DNA of 64,000 nt from the human T2T-CHM13v2.0 reference genome, Homo sapiens (GCF_009914755.1 NC_060931.1), one strand, 5' to 3'; shown: positions 45,746 to 62,943, numbered from the stretch's first letter. Program-made: numbers and translations. Notes: generated by a model not told the origin, from the sequence alone.

Positions 45746-46141
45746 AGCCTTCCAAAAATATTTAGCACTTTGTCGGTCACGTATAACATAAAGCGCAACA
45801 TGTATTTACTCCTTTCCAGGCAAGGATGAAGTGGTAGATGAAACTTGAGAGAACCATTATTTATTTGATTTTGTTCTTTCTCCTATTAGGAACTGCTTGT
45901 AGAGTAGAATATCAAGATCTTACTACCCCCAAACATATTTTCTATGGACACCCAAAACCCAACAAGTAAACAGTTATTTGTTTAGATTTTACTTTTTCTG
46001 TTACTGTAAATCTCTCCAGGTGATGAAAACATGTAAACTTCTTAATCAAAGATTAATTTAATAGTATGTGTTAGGATGGGCTAGATCTTTTTAGAGAGGC
46101 AAGCAACCCCAAAATTTTAGCTGCTTAAAAAGGCAAAAATT

Positions 46142-46433
46142 GGCTGAACACAGTGCCTGTGATCCCAGCACTTTGGAACACTGAGGAGGAAGGATCGCTT
46201 GAGTCCAGGAGTTTAAGACCAGCCCGGGCAACATAGGAAGACCTCTGCCTCTACAAAAAAATTTAAAAATTAGCTGCCATAGTGGTGTGTGTCTGTAGTC
46301 ATAGCTACTCTGGAAGCTGAGGTAGGAGGATAGCTTGTGATCAGGAATGCAATGCTTCAGTGAGCCATGATTGCACCACTGCATTCCAGTCTGCGTGACA
46401 GAGCAAGACCCTGTCGCTAAAAGACAATAAATA
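46142..46433 (+). mobile_element. AluJ
   Basis: Diverged Alu with J-type ggatcgcttgagtccagg. Confidence 0.85.
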
Positions 46434-47249
46434 AGTGAAATATAATGAATTTTAAAATGTGCAAGTTTATTTTTCATTCATACTATATCTCCACTAAAAG
46501 TCAGATGGATGGCTTTGTTTATCATAATTACTCAGGAATCCAGGCTACTGAAGGCCATCAGTATGGCAAGAAAACAGGGAAATCATGCATTACTCTGCAA
46601 AATTATCAAATGGAAGTGACACAGGTCACTTCTACTCACATTTCATTGGCCATAACAAGTAGCATGGGCATGTCTAACTTTAAAAAGAGGTGGGGAATGC
46701 AGTTGTTGCATATAGCTACAAACCAGAGAATTGGAAATATGTGAGTAACACTAATAACTGTTTCATAGGAATAAAAATCTCCAAACTGGGGTCCTAAATT
46801 GTGTTGAGGTAATTATGACAATGGCTTTATTTTGTATTAATTTTAAACTGACATCTGTACCATCTTATTCCCTGCTGTTTCTCTACTAGACTTTTTTTTC
46901 AGATGGCATACATTCCTTCAAATAATACTTTCAACCTTCTTAGATATGCCTTGTGAAAGGCTTATTCCTATTTGCCTAGATTTCTTTTTTTTTTTTACCC
47001 ATCATTTTCCTTAAATCACTTGTCCAAACTTACACCTATAAGGGTGAGAAAAAGGGAAACAAAAAATTACCTATTCTTAAACAGTGATGAGAAGTTAGGT
47101 ATGTAGGATAAGCACCCATTTAAAGAGCAAAATTACCATTCTTTAATCAAGTATCAGTTAAGAGGAAAAATAACACCCCTCCCCCCCACACACACACAAA
47201 CACAATATGAATGAAGGGAGAAATTACTGGAGGGTAAGAAATGTCAGTA

Positions 47250-48200
47250 GTAAGTGATGTTGTAATCAATTATTTACACATTGCCAAATCCAATGGCCAG
47301 TTCTCATTCCTCATCTTTCTTGAGCTCTCAGCAGCACCTGATGCCATAGATCATTTATCCTTCTTGAGACACCCTCTTCACTTGGCTTCTGGGACACACC
47401 ATTATTGTATTTCTTCTTTCTTCTTTGTTCTTTCTTCTTTCTTCTTTCTTCTTCCTCTTCCTCTTCTTCTTCTCTTTTCAAGATGGGGCCTTGGTCTGTC
47501 GCCCAGACTAGAGTGGAGTGCAACCATCACAGCTCACTGCAGCCTCTACCTCTCAGGCTCAGGAAATCTTCCCACCTCAGCCTCCTCCATGCCCAGATAA
47601 TTTTAATTTAATTTGATTTATTTATTTTTGTACAGACAAGATCTCACTACGTTGCCTAGGCTAGTCTCGAACTCCTGGGCCCAAGCAATTCTCCTGCCTG
47701 AGCCTCCCAAACTGTTGGGATTACAGGCGTGAGCCACCATGTCTGGCCTCCACTAGATATTTCTGATTAAATGTCTAGTCTCTATTTCAAGCTAATATAA
47801 CCAAAACATAACTATTGATTCCTCTAGTTATGTTCCAAACATTCCCCTCCTCTGGTTCTTCCTCTCACTAAATGGCAGCTCCATTGATTGTTCAGGCCAC
47901 AAATCTCTTAGTCATCCTTTACTTTTCTCTTTATCTTACAGCTCAGATTCGGGCCATCATAAAACATGGGAACATTATTTTCAAAACATAATCAGAATCT
48001 GACCACTTCTTACAACCTTCCCCACCACTCACTTGGTCCAAGCTACCTTTATCTCTTGCTCAGATGTTGCAATGTCATCAGTATATTTTTTGTGTGGCAC
48101 TCAGAGTAATCCTTTTAAAAATCAGTCAGATGGTGCCACTTCCTTTAGTAGCTTCAAATCTTACCCAGAAATACAATTCAAAATTCTCATCCTTGCACAA
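47250..48200. mobile_element. L2 remnant containing a (TTC)n tract (47410-47478) and AluJ (47479-47748, -)
   Basis: ttgccaaatccaatggccagttctca..cagcagcacctgatgcc; tgttcaggccacaaatc..agtcatcctt. Confidence 0.65.
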
Positions 48201-49692
48201 GATAGCCATTTGGAATGCCAGAAATGCCCCATATTTTGACCTAGGTTATGTTTACATGGGTATATGTAATATATCTGGGTGTGTAAATATATGTATAAAA
48301 TATATAAATGTGTGTGTATATGTAGATATATATGGAGAGATAAGTATTTATTAAGCTGTATAATTAATATGTGGGCACTTCACTATAAGTAAAACTCTCT
48401 CTCTTTATATATATATATTTTAATTTAAGACTCTGAAAATCTGCTCTACACCATCTTGTCTCTCACCACTCACCTTCTAAAACTGTGTTCCAGTTACACT
48501 GAGTTCCTGAATATTTCTGGAACTAATGGGAAGCATGTTCCCACCTAAGGGATTTGCACTTATTGTATGCTCTATATAGAATCCTTGGAAACTAGCCTCA
48601 CTTCTTATAGGTCTGCTAGAATTGTCTGAGAGGCCTTCCCTGAACTCCTACACAATGATATTTACACTATTACACTTTACCTATCTATTTATCTTGAATT
48701 TTGCAGGACAAAATCACACCAAGAAGCTGGTTTCATCATAAGAACATAACCACACACCTCACATGGATTCTCAGTGCCATCCTACAGTCTTACTTTTCTG
48801 TCTTCTTTCCCATACTCTGATTTCTTTTTCTTCAAATCTCCCCAACCCTCCTCAACTTCTCTTCACTTTGGATAATGACATCACTGTTTTACTCAAGAGA
48901 AATGGAAACTAGCAGAAAATTTTATTAGTTTCTCCACCACAAAATCTATAATTCTATTAGTAATTGAACGTGTCTTCACTATATCTTTCCTGTTACAATG
49001 AGAACTGTATTCAACTTGCTTTCAAGGGCCTATGTCAACCGAGCTGTGGGTTCATTCTTTTTCCTTCTCAAGAACTTTGATCCTTCAGTTATCTCTTACC
49101 TTGTTGCAATACCAGTGTCTCTCTCTCTCTCTGTTTCTCTGGGTATTCCAACCAGCATGCACACATTCTCTAGTATCTGCCATATACTAAATACACAAAA
49201 AAACTACCTTCATCCCCAAATCTCTCACCCAGTCTGATTTACCTGCAAAACTTCTCTAAAGAGTTTGCCTCTCTTGCTCTCTCCCTTTCCTTGCCACCCA
49301 CAAATTCTTCCACTCACTCAAGTCTGGCTTCTCTCCTGCCCACCACTACTGTGGAAACCTCGGTGTTTACAACTCCAGTGGCCCCCTCTCTATCCCAGTG
49401 TATTGACTTTTTCTTGCATTGAACAGGTCTGCTTTCTCCCTCATTTGTGCTTCTCTTGGCTTCTGGGACACTTCCTTTTTCTCAGCTTTTGTCTTGCCTC
49501 ATGGTTGGTTCCTTCGTCTCCTTTGATGGCTCCTTCATATCTACTCAATCTTTACTTGTTTAAGTGCTTCAGCATTTGATTCTGGACAGTTTTCTTTTCT
49601 CATCCTGTATTTGAGTAATCTTATCAAAGTCCTTGGCTTTTGAATAATCAAAACATAGCTATTCTTAAGCATTTAAAATATAATCTAGATTA

Positions 49693-50035
<343 letters not shown>

Positions 50036-50693
50036 GTATTTTGATAGGACTTTCTGTTTGGAGGTTAGATGTAGGAAGAGATGAAGTAGAAAGGCAGTGA
50101 TCAGAGAAGGAAGAACAGAACAAACATGAAACTCCAGAGGAGAGAGACATGCAAGGAAAAGAGTCTTCTACACAATAAAATTCTGCAGAATTTTTGGATC
50201 AGAAGATAATAGAAAAATTTTTTTAGGATTTGAAAAGAAGAAAAGGAGATCATAATATCTGCAAGGGCAGTTTTGGTAGGTTATAAAACTGGTACATTTT
50301 GGAGTAAGGAGTAGAAGGAGAGAATTACCAGGCATACATCACTCATTTCATGAGTTTAACAGTGGGAGAAATGGTTTGATAAATAAAATAAATAGTGGGA
50401 TCAACCTTGTTTTTATTTTATTTTATTTTTTGGTTTTGTTTTTGTCTTTTTTTTTTTAATGCGTTTATTGGGGCAGAGAGATGAGAGCCTGTTTTTAAAA
50501 AGGTATCTACAGAGAAGAAGGAATTGAAACTGTAAGAGAAAAAAGAAGCAATCAAAAATCAGGGAAAATAGAAGGATTGGACTTTGCAATATAGGAGAAA
50601 GAGTGGAGGGATTCTTGTTTAGAAATAAAGAGGTTTATCTCTTCCTTTGGAACTTATGGAAGAGACTAAAAGGCCTATCAAAACAATAATGCT

Positions 50694-51033
50694 GGCCGGG
50701 CGCCGTGGCTCACGCTTGTAATCCCAACACTTTCGGAGGCCGAGGCAGGGGGATCACCTGAGGTCAGGAGTTTGAGACCAGTCTGGCCAACTTGGTGAAA
50801 CCCCATCTCTACTAAATATGCAAAACCTTAGCCAGACATGGTGGTGCATGCCTGTAATCCCAGCTACTTGGGAGGCTGAGGCACAAGAATTGCTTGAACC
50901 TGGGAGGCAAAGATTACAGTGAGCTAAGGTTGCACTACTGCAACTCTGTTGTCTGGGCAACAGAGCAAGACTCTGTCTCAAAAGGAAAGGAAGGAAGGAA
51001 GGAAGGAAGAGAGACAGAGAGAAAGAAAGAAAG
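50694..51033 (+). mobile_element. AluSx/Sz with (GGAA)n/(GA)n tail
   Basis: TSD aaaacaataatgct / aaaacgataatgct. Confidence 0.9.
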
Positions 51034-51875
51034 AAAACGATAATGCTTCTGTAGGCCAGAGGTGATTAAAAAAATATATATATATAATGCTGGGGTATAC
51101 TGAAGATGATGGCCCAGATCTTTCATGTGACATAGAAGGCAAGATCATCTACTAAACAATCAGGCAGAAATCAGGACTTGAGCAGCATGAGGAAAATAAG
51201 AAGGCTGGCTATAACACATCAGGTGGGAGTCAGGACGTTTGGGTTTCAGCTGGCTCAGAATATCTACTGGCCGCAGGCAAATCTACAAGTTTCAGATTCT
51301 TCTCTCAGAGTGTAAAGAAACCAGTCTCAATTTCTAAAGTCCCTAACATTCTGTATTTGATTTTGTGATTGGAGACTGGAATATCTTCTGTAAGGAGAGG
51401 ATTTACTGAGTCAATGAGAAAACAATGAAAAGATCAAGCAACAGCATGAGGATCCAGTTGAAAATTAACAAAGCTGAATTAGGTCTGAACCACTCTGCAT
51501 CTTCCTCTAAGAATCCTCAGTGGCCAGGAAGCAGCAGTGGAGAAAGCCAGCCATGGTAGCAGCCCTTTATAGAAGACAATGGTGTCCAGTTCTGCAGAAT
51601 GTCGGGGTACAGGACATCTGGTCTAGTGGAGAGGGAAGTATTGTAGACCATGCTGCCCAGTCTGAGGACAAACTCCAGTTTCATAAAGAGGGCCCTGATA
51701 GGATGAAGTGAATTCAAGGACATGGAAGGCTTGGGGATCTCTCTGAAGTTAGAATGCTTGTTTCAGAGGGTGAGAAAAAGGGCAGGTGAATCAGAGAGAA
51801 ATTTGATATAGAGCAGGTAAGGAGCACATGGTTGAATCTCAGAGAAATAGCAATGCCTATTAAAAGTGAGATCTG

Positions 51876-52163
<288 letters not shown>

Positions 52164-52570
52164 AGAGAGAGAGAGAGGAGAGATCTGGTATATACTATCC
52201 TGGTGTGTAGATGGTGTTAAATAGAAATGCATAGAAGTTAAGGCAACAAACTCGGTAAATATGGCATCAAAGCAGTTTAGTAATAAGAACACTGAAGTGG
52301 CTGAGGCCATTGCTCATGGAGAAACAAATTATAAGCTAAAAGTGTGAGTGTGATGAATATGGAGATAAGATCTGCAGAATATGGGGAAAATTGCATTGTC
52401 CTTAAGGCAGTGTGTATGCATGTGTGTGTGAGTGTGAGAGTGTGTATGTATGTGTGTGTGAGAGAGACAGAGACAAAGGGAGAAAGAGGATAATAAAGAA
52501 TTGTACAATAAAAGAAAGAACAGTCAACAGAGACTGTACAATGAGAGACAAAAGAGTCAACAGGCAACCA

Positions 52571-52573
52571 AAA

Positions 52574-52612
<39 letters not shown>

Positions 52613-52613
52613 A
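52571..52613. repeat. (TAAA)n tetranucleotide STR
   Basis: Direct reading. Confidence 0.95.
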
Positions 52614-53886
52614 ACAAGAAAACGAGGAAGAAAATTACTACTCATCTCTCTTCAAATCAAGTATAGGAAGATAATAGACCAACAGGTTATTGTTAGAGAG
52701 AAAAAGTGTTTTTACCAACATGAATGGGAAGAGACATTAAAGGACATAATAGCAGCACCTACCATAATGTTTAATAAACAAAGCACTCGAGATAAGTTTT
52801 GTTGAATCCAAATTACACATGTTTACTGTTTGCCTTTTCCTGAATACTTTCACATATATCTGCTTTAATCTTGTGGGTTTTAAAAATAGATTATCTTAAT
52901 CTGTCCCGAAGTTACTTTACAGAGAAGTTGGGGTCAATCCAGCAGAGGATGTCTGGTGTCAAGATTTCCAAGAATTTGCAACCTGGACATGGATTCCCAT
53001 TCAAAATCACAGAAACAAGCACTCTTTTCTCAAAAGGTATAACCAAGATTCAAATGCTGGGAAGATCAATAACTAATTTCAAATTTAAATGACCAACGGT
53101 AGCACTGCTGGGCCAAGAATTGGGTAGAGCATGGACCAGCGATGAAGAGCAATTAAGGAAAAAGTGAGGACAAATGATCATTTCATGATGTAAACATATA
53201 TAAAACATCACATTGTACCCCATAAAAATAATATATGCAATTATTATTTGTCAATTAAAAAGAAAAGAAAAAGGAGGGTTCATGGAAGCAGTCTTGGTGA
53301 AACTTCAGCCATTTCCATTAATTCATGGTGTGGGTGGGCTGGTCTAGTTTTAAGAACTAACAATGGGACAAGGTGAAATTTGCACTTGGGCCTTCATCTA
53401 ATAAGTTGTAATTGATGTTTAGGTCTCTTGTTATAAATCTTCAGTTGAGATAAAGGTCTTAACTGAAAGGGAGTCTGTCTACAGTGAAAGAATGTTTTTA
53501 CAATTTATTCGTTCAATTGTTCCTAAATTCCTGATTTTCAGGTTCACCCTTTCCTTTAATCCAAATAATTAGCTGGTGACATAATCCATGTGTTATTGGA
53601 AAGAAAGCACACTCCCTTTCCACTGCCATACTTCCATGTCTTCCTGTTCTCCTGTTACTCATAATTCCTGCTCCTCTTCATTATTAACTCCTATTTATGC
53701 TCTGGATTCCTGCAGCTGTCACCTTTGCCCTGCACATGGCCACTGCTCTCCTACCTGCATTCAGCAAAGCACCACTAACACTGGGCTCTTAGGCAGGTAA
53801 TAGATACCTGCCTAAGGTTTGAGAATAATAGAGACATAGGAAAATTCATTCATCCCATTTAGTAAATAGTTTTTAACACCTATCAT

Positions 53887-54510
53887 TGATACAGCTCCAA
53901 TGAGTGGAGGAACAACAGGTTCTTCGTCTGGAGTCGAATTAGATAAAACGACATGGACAGACATGGAGTGGTTTTAAGGAGCGGAGAGTTTAATAGGCAA
54001 GAAAGAAGGAAGAAGGCAGAAGGAAGAAGCTCCCCCGTACAGAGAGGGAGCCGTGCTCCAAAGTAGAGAGAGGGAACCAACCCCAAGTGCGATGGATACC
54101 AGCCAGATATATGCAGAGGCTGGAGGAAGCGGTGTCTGATTTGCATAGGACTCAGGGGATTGGTTTGACCAGGCATGTCATTCATGTAACCCATGAAAAA
54201 GCTGGCCCTCCCACCCTAATATGCAAATGAAGGGCGCCATGATGTTCTACACACGTGGGGATATGTGGGGGTGGCCATGTTACCAGGAACATGTGGGGCA
54301 AGGTCAAGAAGACCCTGGGAATCACTATGTTTGGGTGGACCCAGTTTCTAATGGCCTGTTTTTGCATATCAAAGGTTGCCAGCCTGGCTCTAAGAGCAGG
54401 GGCTTTACAGGAAACTTTTCTGGAGATGCTTTTTAAAAAAATGAAAACTTCCCAAGGACCCCTTTTCCTCTCTATCTGCCTAAAATAATTTCTTAATAAC
54501 TCCTATCACA
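53887..54510 (-). mobile_element. LTR9-type (HUERS-P3, ERV1) solitary LTR; TSD TCAT/TCGT
   Basis: Minus strand starts TGTGATAGGAGTTATTAAGAAATTATTTTAGGCAGATAG and ends ..TATCA; TSD 53883-53886 / 54511-54514. Confidence 0.75.
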
Positions 54511-54844
54511 TCGTCTAGACATTTTTCTAGGTGCTGGGCACAAAGCATTGAACAATAAGGATAAAATCCTTGTCTTCATATTGCTTACATTTTATTTGGA
54601 TCACAGACAGTAAGTAATTTTAAAAACTATATTAAGGTTGCAATTAACTTTCTTTGTTAGACAAATAGTGCCAATATGATCTTAAGAATCTAGAAAAAAT
54701 TAGAACTTGGCTTCTTTAAATGACTGCTTAATGGGTTGCTTATTATTTCCCACACCCCTGTGTTTCTCTGAAGAACAAAAGATAGAGGAACGAAATGAAG
54801 GGGAGAAAGGTGATACAATAAGGATTCCTAAAGACAACAGGCCA

Positions 54845-55137
54845 GGCCAGGTGCAGTGGCTCATGCTTGTAATCTCAGCACTTTGGGAGGCTCAGACAGG
54901 AGGATTGCTTGAGCCCAGGTATTTGAGACCAGCCTGGGCAACATAGCAAGACTTCGTCTCGACTAAAAAAATGATAAAAATTAGTCAGGCATGGTGGTGT
55001 CCACCTGTAGTCCTAGCTTCTCAGGAGGTTGAGGTATGAGGATTGCTTGAACTCAAGAGTTGGAGGCTGCAGTAGTGAGCTATAACCGTGCCATTGCACT
55101 CCAGTGAGACCTCGTCTTAGGAAAAAAAAAAAAAAAA
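54845..55137 (+). mobile_element. AluJ
   Basis: ggattgcttgagcccagg J-type diagnostics. Confidence 0.85.
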
Positions 55138-55711
55138 CCCGAAAGGGAACAAGACAACTCCAAGTGGCTCTAAAGAAGGCACCTTCACAGAATTCTGAAG
55201 AGGGAGTCTGTCTTGGGGCACATTATTCCAGATTTTTATCTCCTCAAATGGATGATCTGATATATGAAGTCACCCCCCTTATCATATCAGCTGGAACCTT
55301 CCTCCAGGGTGCAGATCCTTTCCTTTTTATTTATATGAAGAGCCTCCCTACATATTTGCACTCATGCCTTCCACATTGATAAATGGCTTTCACTTAGTGC
55401 TATGACAACTCTTCTCTGGAACTCTCTCAGTTCTCAACTCATGATTAATAGTTTCAGTTAACATTCTTTCCTTTACTTATCTTAGTAATTTACAGAGATG
55501 AACTTGCTCTCTCTGTTGTAACAAGTACAAGTATACGTAGCTTCACATTTTATACATTCCATTAGAAAATGGTGCAGAAAAGGAGGATCTCTGACCAGAT
55601 AAAAGAGAGGGTCTCTGGTCTCTGACTAGATAAAGATAGTTCCCCTAATCCTTCTTGACCACAGATATTACTTTTGGTCAGCATCCAAAATCTTTTTAAT
55701 AAGAAGGTAAG

Positions 55712-58101
<2,390 letters not shown>

Positions 58102-59542
58102 AAGAAGGTAGGATCCAGGGTTAGTTTTTGTAGCCTTGGCTGGCCCCTTGGCCTCTGGCATACTCGAACTTCTGGCCCTTGGAGCGGACGTAGGGTTTGG
58201 TGTGGCTGTGTGGGGTTCCCAGGGCCTTGTCGAAATGCCAGTACACCTCTCGACCCTTGCGAGGACCTGAGAGCAGGACGGTGCCGCAGACCTTGGGGGA
58301 GTCCAGGGCCAGCTGGTCGAAAGTGAGGTTCTTGCCCCCCACCCTGACGATGTGGCTGCGGGCCCGGCTGGTCACGCCCAGTGCACACACCTTCAGTTTG
58401 GGCACCTCCTGAACCCACACGTCATCTGTTATGGTTCCCACAACCACGGCCGTTTTGTTTTCCTGGCCAGGAAGCTTCATTTTCGGGATCATCCGGGAAA
58501 GGGACAGAGGTGGCTGGTTGGTGCACTCATAAACAACCTCTTCAGCACTATTACTTTTTTTAAAGTGCCCTAAATATCCTTATCAGAGGGGTATTCTTAC
58601 TTTCACTTTCTCTTTTTTTCCCCTCAGGGCTTTCTTGCCCTCTATTTAAATCTTTCTTCTAAAGCTTCTCTTCCAGTCCTAGGATCCCCAATTCTTTGTC
58701 TCCCTTGTCTTCCAAGGGAACATTTTTTTTTAACAATTCTTAATTATGCAAAGAATTTTATTTCTTCATTCTCTCAACCATTCCAATTCTAACTGAGCTC
58801 TAGGGCCTACCTACATTTAACTAAATGAAGCTAAACAACAAAATCATCATTTATATGGCTGACCTATATTATGGAAGCAAGCTTGAGTCATCTTTTTTAA
58901 TAGGAATTTTGTCTTCTTCCTACAAATGCATTGTCGCCAAAGAGAGTCATAGAGGGAAGGATTTTGCATAGGGAGAGATGAGCTTGGGATGGGTAGAATC
59001 AAAATTTCAGAGAGTTTTAAGGGGTGGGTAATGGGCTTTTGCACAAAATCGTAAAATAAAGAAAAAGAGAGAAGGGAGCTTTTCAGCTGAAGGTGGATAA
59101 GGTTTCTATTAGTCATCTGTGGGGAGAGATAGATGGATATTAAAAGGAGAGGACAGTTTACATATATAGAAATTTATAAAGGCCTAAATACAGACACAGG
59201 AAAGACAACCCACCTGTTTCTAGCATCCTAGGTAGCACATTTGTGTGGAGCCAATAAAAAAAGTGTACACAAATAAACCAATTATATTCAGGTATGTTTT
59301 GAAAGAGCCATGTTGACTGGCCTAAGATGTGGGAAAAAAGCCAGGGATTTTGTTCACAGTAAGTTCAATACAAACAAATCCAGTGATTTGCCAAAAGAGC
59401 TAACTAGTATCTTAGCCCGCATTAATGCAATTTCAGTCTCTTTAATAGTGTAGTGTTGTTCTACAGCACTTACCATGGGGAGTAAATGAAGCATTTCTAG
59501 CATGGTAATGAATCTATTGGTAGTACAGTCATTAATGAACTG

Positions 59543-59889
<347 letters not shown>

Positions 59890-60701
59890 TAAGTTTTTAT
59901 TTGGTCATATTAAGACACAGTAAAGTTTTGCTTCTATAAAGTGAATAATCATTAATTTTTTTTTTTTTTTTGTAATTCAAGGGAAAACTTAAGTTTGGTT
60001 GGTTAATTTTCCTTTTTCCCCTCTATATAGATGCTCTTAAGAGAATAATTGTAGTTAAAAAAACATAAGTAATTACACTTTTGGAAGCCAGCATGTTACA
60101 TTACAGTTGTGCAGGGAGGATCAGAGGTAGAAACCCCAAGAAGCTACTGCAGGCCTGACTCCTTCTTCCCTTCCTTGCCCAGCCCCTCTAGTTTTGCCTG
60201 AGGGATGCAAGGTAAACTACATCAACAAAGGTCCAGGAACCACAACAATTCTGAGGTCACAAATCATCTAGGCCTGCAGGTGGATGCCCTAGATTGTAGG
60301 CATTGATGCCAAGGAAGGAAACCACCCTCTTAACACCTCACGATCTGTAGGGCATTGACAGCAGAGGCTTTTACTCCTCAGCCCCTCCCCTGAAAGGCCT
60401 TGATTAGGAAGGTAGCTGAGTCACCATAGAAAGGCCAAGTATGTGTAACACAGCCAATACTGAGAGTGAATTCTGATAGACAACCTTTCTCCGAATTATG
60501 TTTTATTTCTGTTTTTCTATATCCATATTGTTTTCTATATTTATTTTCATATATTCTATATTCAGAACATAGAATATGATTCTGAATATATAATTTTTAA
60601 TATTTAATAGAGACATGGAGACATTAAATATTAAATATTAAATTTAATATTTAATAGAGATATATTTAATACAGACATGGAGAAACCCCATCTCTATTAA
60701 A

Positions 60702-61590
60702 AATTCTATATTCGGAATATAGAATACAATTGAGAATATAGAATAATACAATTCTATATTCGGAATACAGAAGAACGCAATTCTATATTCGGAATACAGA
60801 AGAACGCAATTCTATATTCGGAATACAGAAGAACGCAATTCTATATTCGGAATACAGAAGAACGCAATTCTATATTCGGAATACAGAAGAACGCAATTCT
60901 ATATTCGGAATACAGAAGAACGCAATTCTATATTCGGAATACAGAAGAACGCAATTCTATATTCGGAATACAGAAGAACGCAATTCTATATTCGGAATAC
61001 AGAAGAACGCAATTCTATATTCGGAATACAGAAGAACGCAATTCTATATTCGGAATACAGAAGAACGCAATTCTATATTCGGAATACAGAAGAACGCAAT
61101 TCTATATTCGGAATACAGAAGAACGCAATTCTATATTCGGAATACAGAAGAACGCAATTCTATATTCGGAATACAGAAGAACGCAATTCTATATTCGGAA
61201 TACAGAAGAACGCAATTCTATATTCGGAATACAGAAGAACGCAATTCTATATTCGGAATATAGAATATATTCCTATATTCTATATTCGGAATACAGAATT
61301 ATATTCCTATATTCTGTATTCCGAATACAGATTTATATTCCTATATTCTGTATTCCGAATACAGAATTATATTCCTATAGTCTGTATTCCGAATACAGAA
61401 TTATATTCCTATAGTCTGTATTCCGAATACAGAATTATATTCCTATAGTCTGTATTCCGAATACAGAATTATATTCCTATAGTCTGTATTCGGAATACAG
61501 AACTATATTCCTATATTCTGTATTCGGAATACAGAACTATATTCCTATATTCTGTATACGGAATACAGAATATATTTCTATATTCTATAT
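60702..61590. repeat. bipartite palindromic VNTR: 17 perfect 29-bp units AATTCTATATTCGGAATACAGAAGAACGC (60750-61242), then 9 units of 34 bp (61277-~61582)
   Basis: Unit counts from direct reading; 493 = 17x29. Confidence 0.95.
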
Positions 61591-62689
61591 TTCGTTTTTC
61601 TATATTTTTCTATAAATAGAATGCATCACCGACCCAAGGGATTCAAACATCATGGGTATCAGAATCACATGTCCCTCCCCAGAGATACTGCCTCTGTCTA
61701 GAATCCCAACAGCCCCCTTTAGGCACAGTGTCACCCCTGGGTTTTTTCCTGAGATAGTAAGCTGTAGCAGGAGACCCTGAGAGCTGCGGTTGCTTTGTTG
61801 GGAGAATAAGGCAGTAATCTGTAGCCTCACTTCCTCAGCCTAAAATGACGGCTTGGCCCAAATGACTTGTAAGTTTCTTTTCAATTTCTACCTTCTGCAA
61901 AAATAGCAAAAGGAAGTTTTCAAATTTTCATTTATAATATCCTGGAAAACACAGGACAAGTGAAAAGGCAATTTGTTGACTAACTTGATCACGGTAAAGA
62001 GTCAAATTGGATAATTAGATTCCAAAGTGGATTTTGGGGGGACCTAATTTTCCTATTTGGCTGCCTAACAGTATCAAAATAACTGCTAATTGCCAAATCT
62101 CTCTCTCCCTTCTCTGTATGCTTAGCCAATATTGCTGTAGTGCATCAAAAAAAAAAAAAAAAAAAAATGCTACCATTGCTCAGTCCACCTGTGCATCTCC
62201 TAATAATTAAATAGTGCACTTGTAGAAATTTTTTTTGGTTGGGGGGAGGTGGGAGACAAGAAGATTTACACATATAGGGACTAGTCATAGCCTATAGTTA
62301 AGTGTCTAGCTCCAGAACCTGAAGCACAATGGTTTCTCCTAAGTGAAATTTAGGACTGTAGGACCAGCTGTAAGCTGAGACCTCCAAAATCTGCATTGGT
62401 CAGCGGTCCCCAAATTTTGGGCAAAGGGAATCACTTAGGAATCTGTAATAATACTGATATTTGGTTGCCCCTAACTCTACCAGACATGATGATTTAATTG
62501 GTAGGGGATGAGAATAGGAATCATACAATTTCCCCAAGTGATTCTAATGTGGAACAAAGTTTGGCAACTCCTGAAATTTGGTCAATATCATCGTAAAATA
62601 TGCTAGTTTGTTAGGTTGATTTTTTGCAATGGTTGGGCCTAAGGCAATGTGATCAAGATTGCAGGCACTTGGATCAGACAAGCTGCTTC

Positions 62690-62900
62690 TTAATCTTGCT
62701 CAACCTCTGCTGGTTCTGTCTATGTCCACAAACTGGCCAGGTAATTTTGTTTAGTTTCAGCTTTCTTATTTGTATGATAGAGATAAATGTGCCCACCTCA
62801 TAGTATTGTTCTGAAGATGAAATGTGTTTGGAAGGTTTTGGAAAATTGTTGGCATGAAATCTGGCACCCAGAACTTGATATATTCTAGCCATCATTATAT
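62690..62900. mobile_element. MIR
   Basis: ttcagctttcttatttgta..cccacctcatagtattgttctgaagatgaaatg..ctggcaccca. Confidence 0.55.
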
Positions 62901-62943
62901 GTTGTTAGGATTTTGAATCTATATTTTATTTTATAAGACAAAA

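Noticed and set aside
58121-58492. Functional RPL18 retrogene
   Set aside because: 5'-truncated, frameshifted upstream of the ORF, many Arg losses consistent with CpG decay, and the polyA signal is displaced by the L1.
60750-61590. CRISPR-like appearance (29-34 bp palindromic repeats at regular spacing)
   Set aside because: No unique spacers (linkers are identical), no cas genes, and primate genomic context. It is a VNTR.
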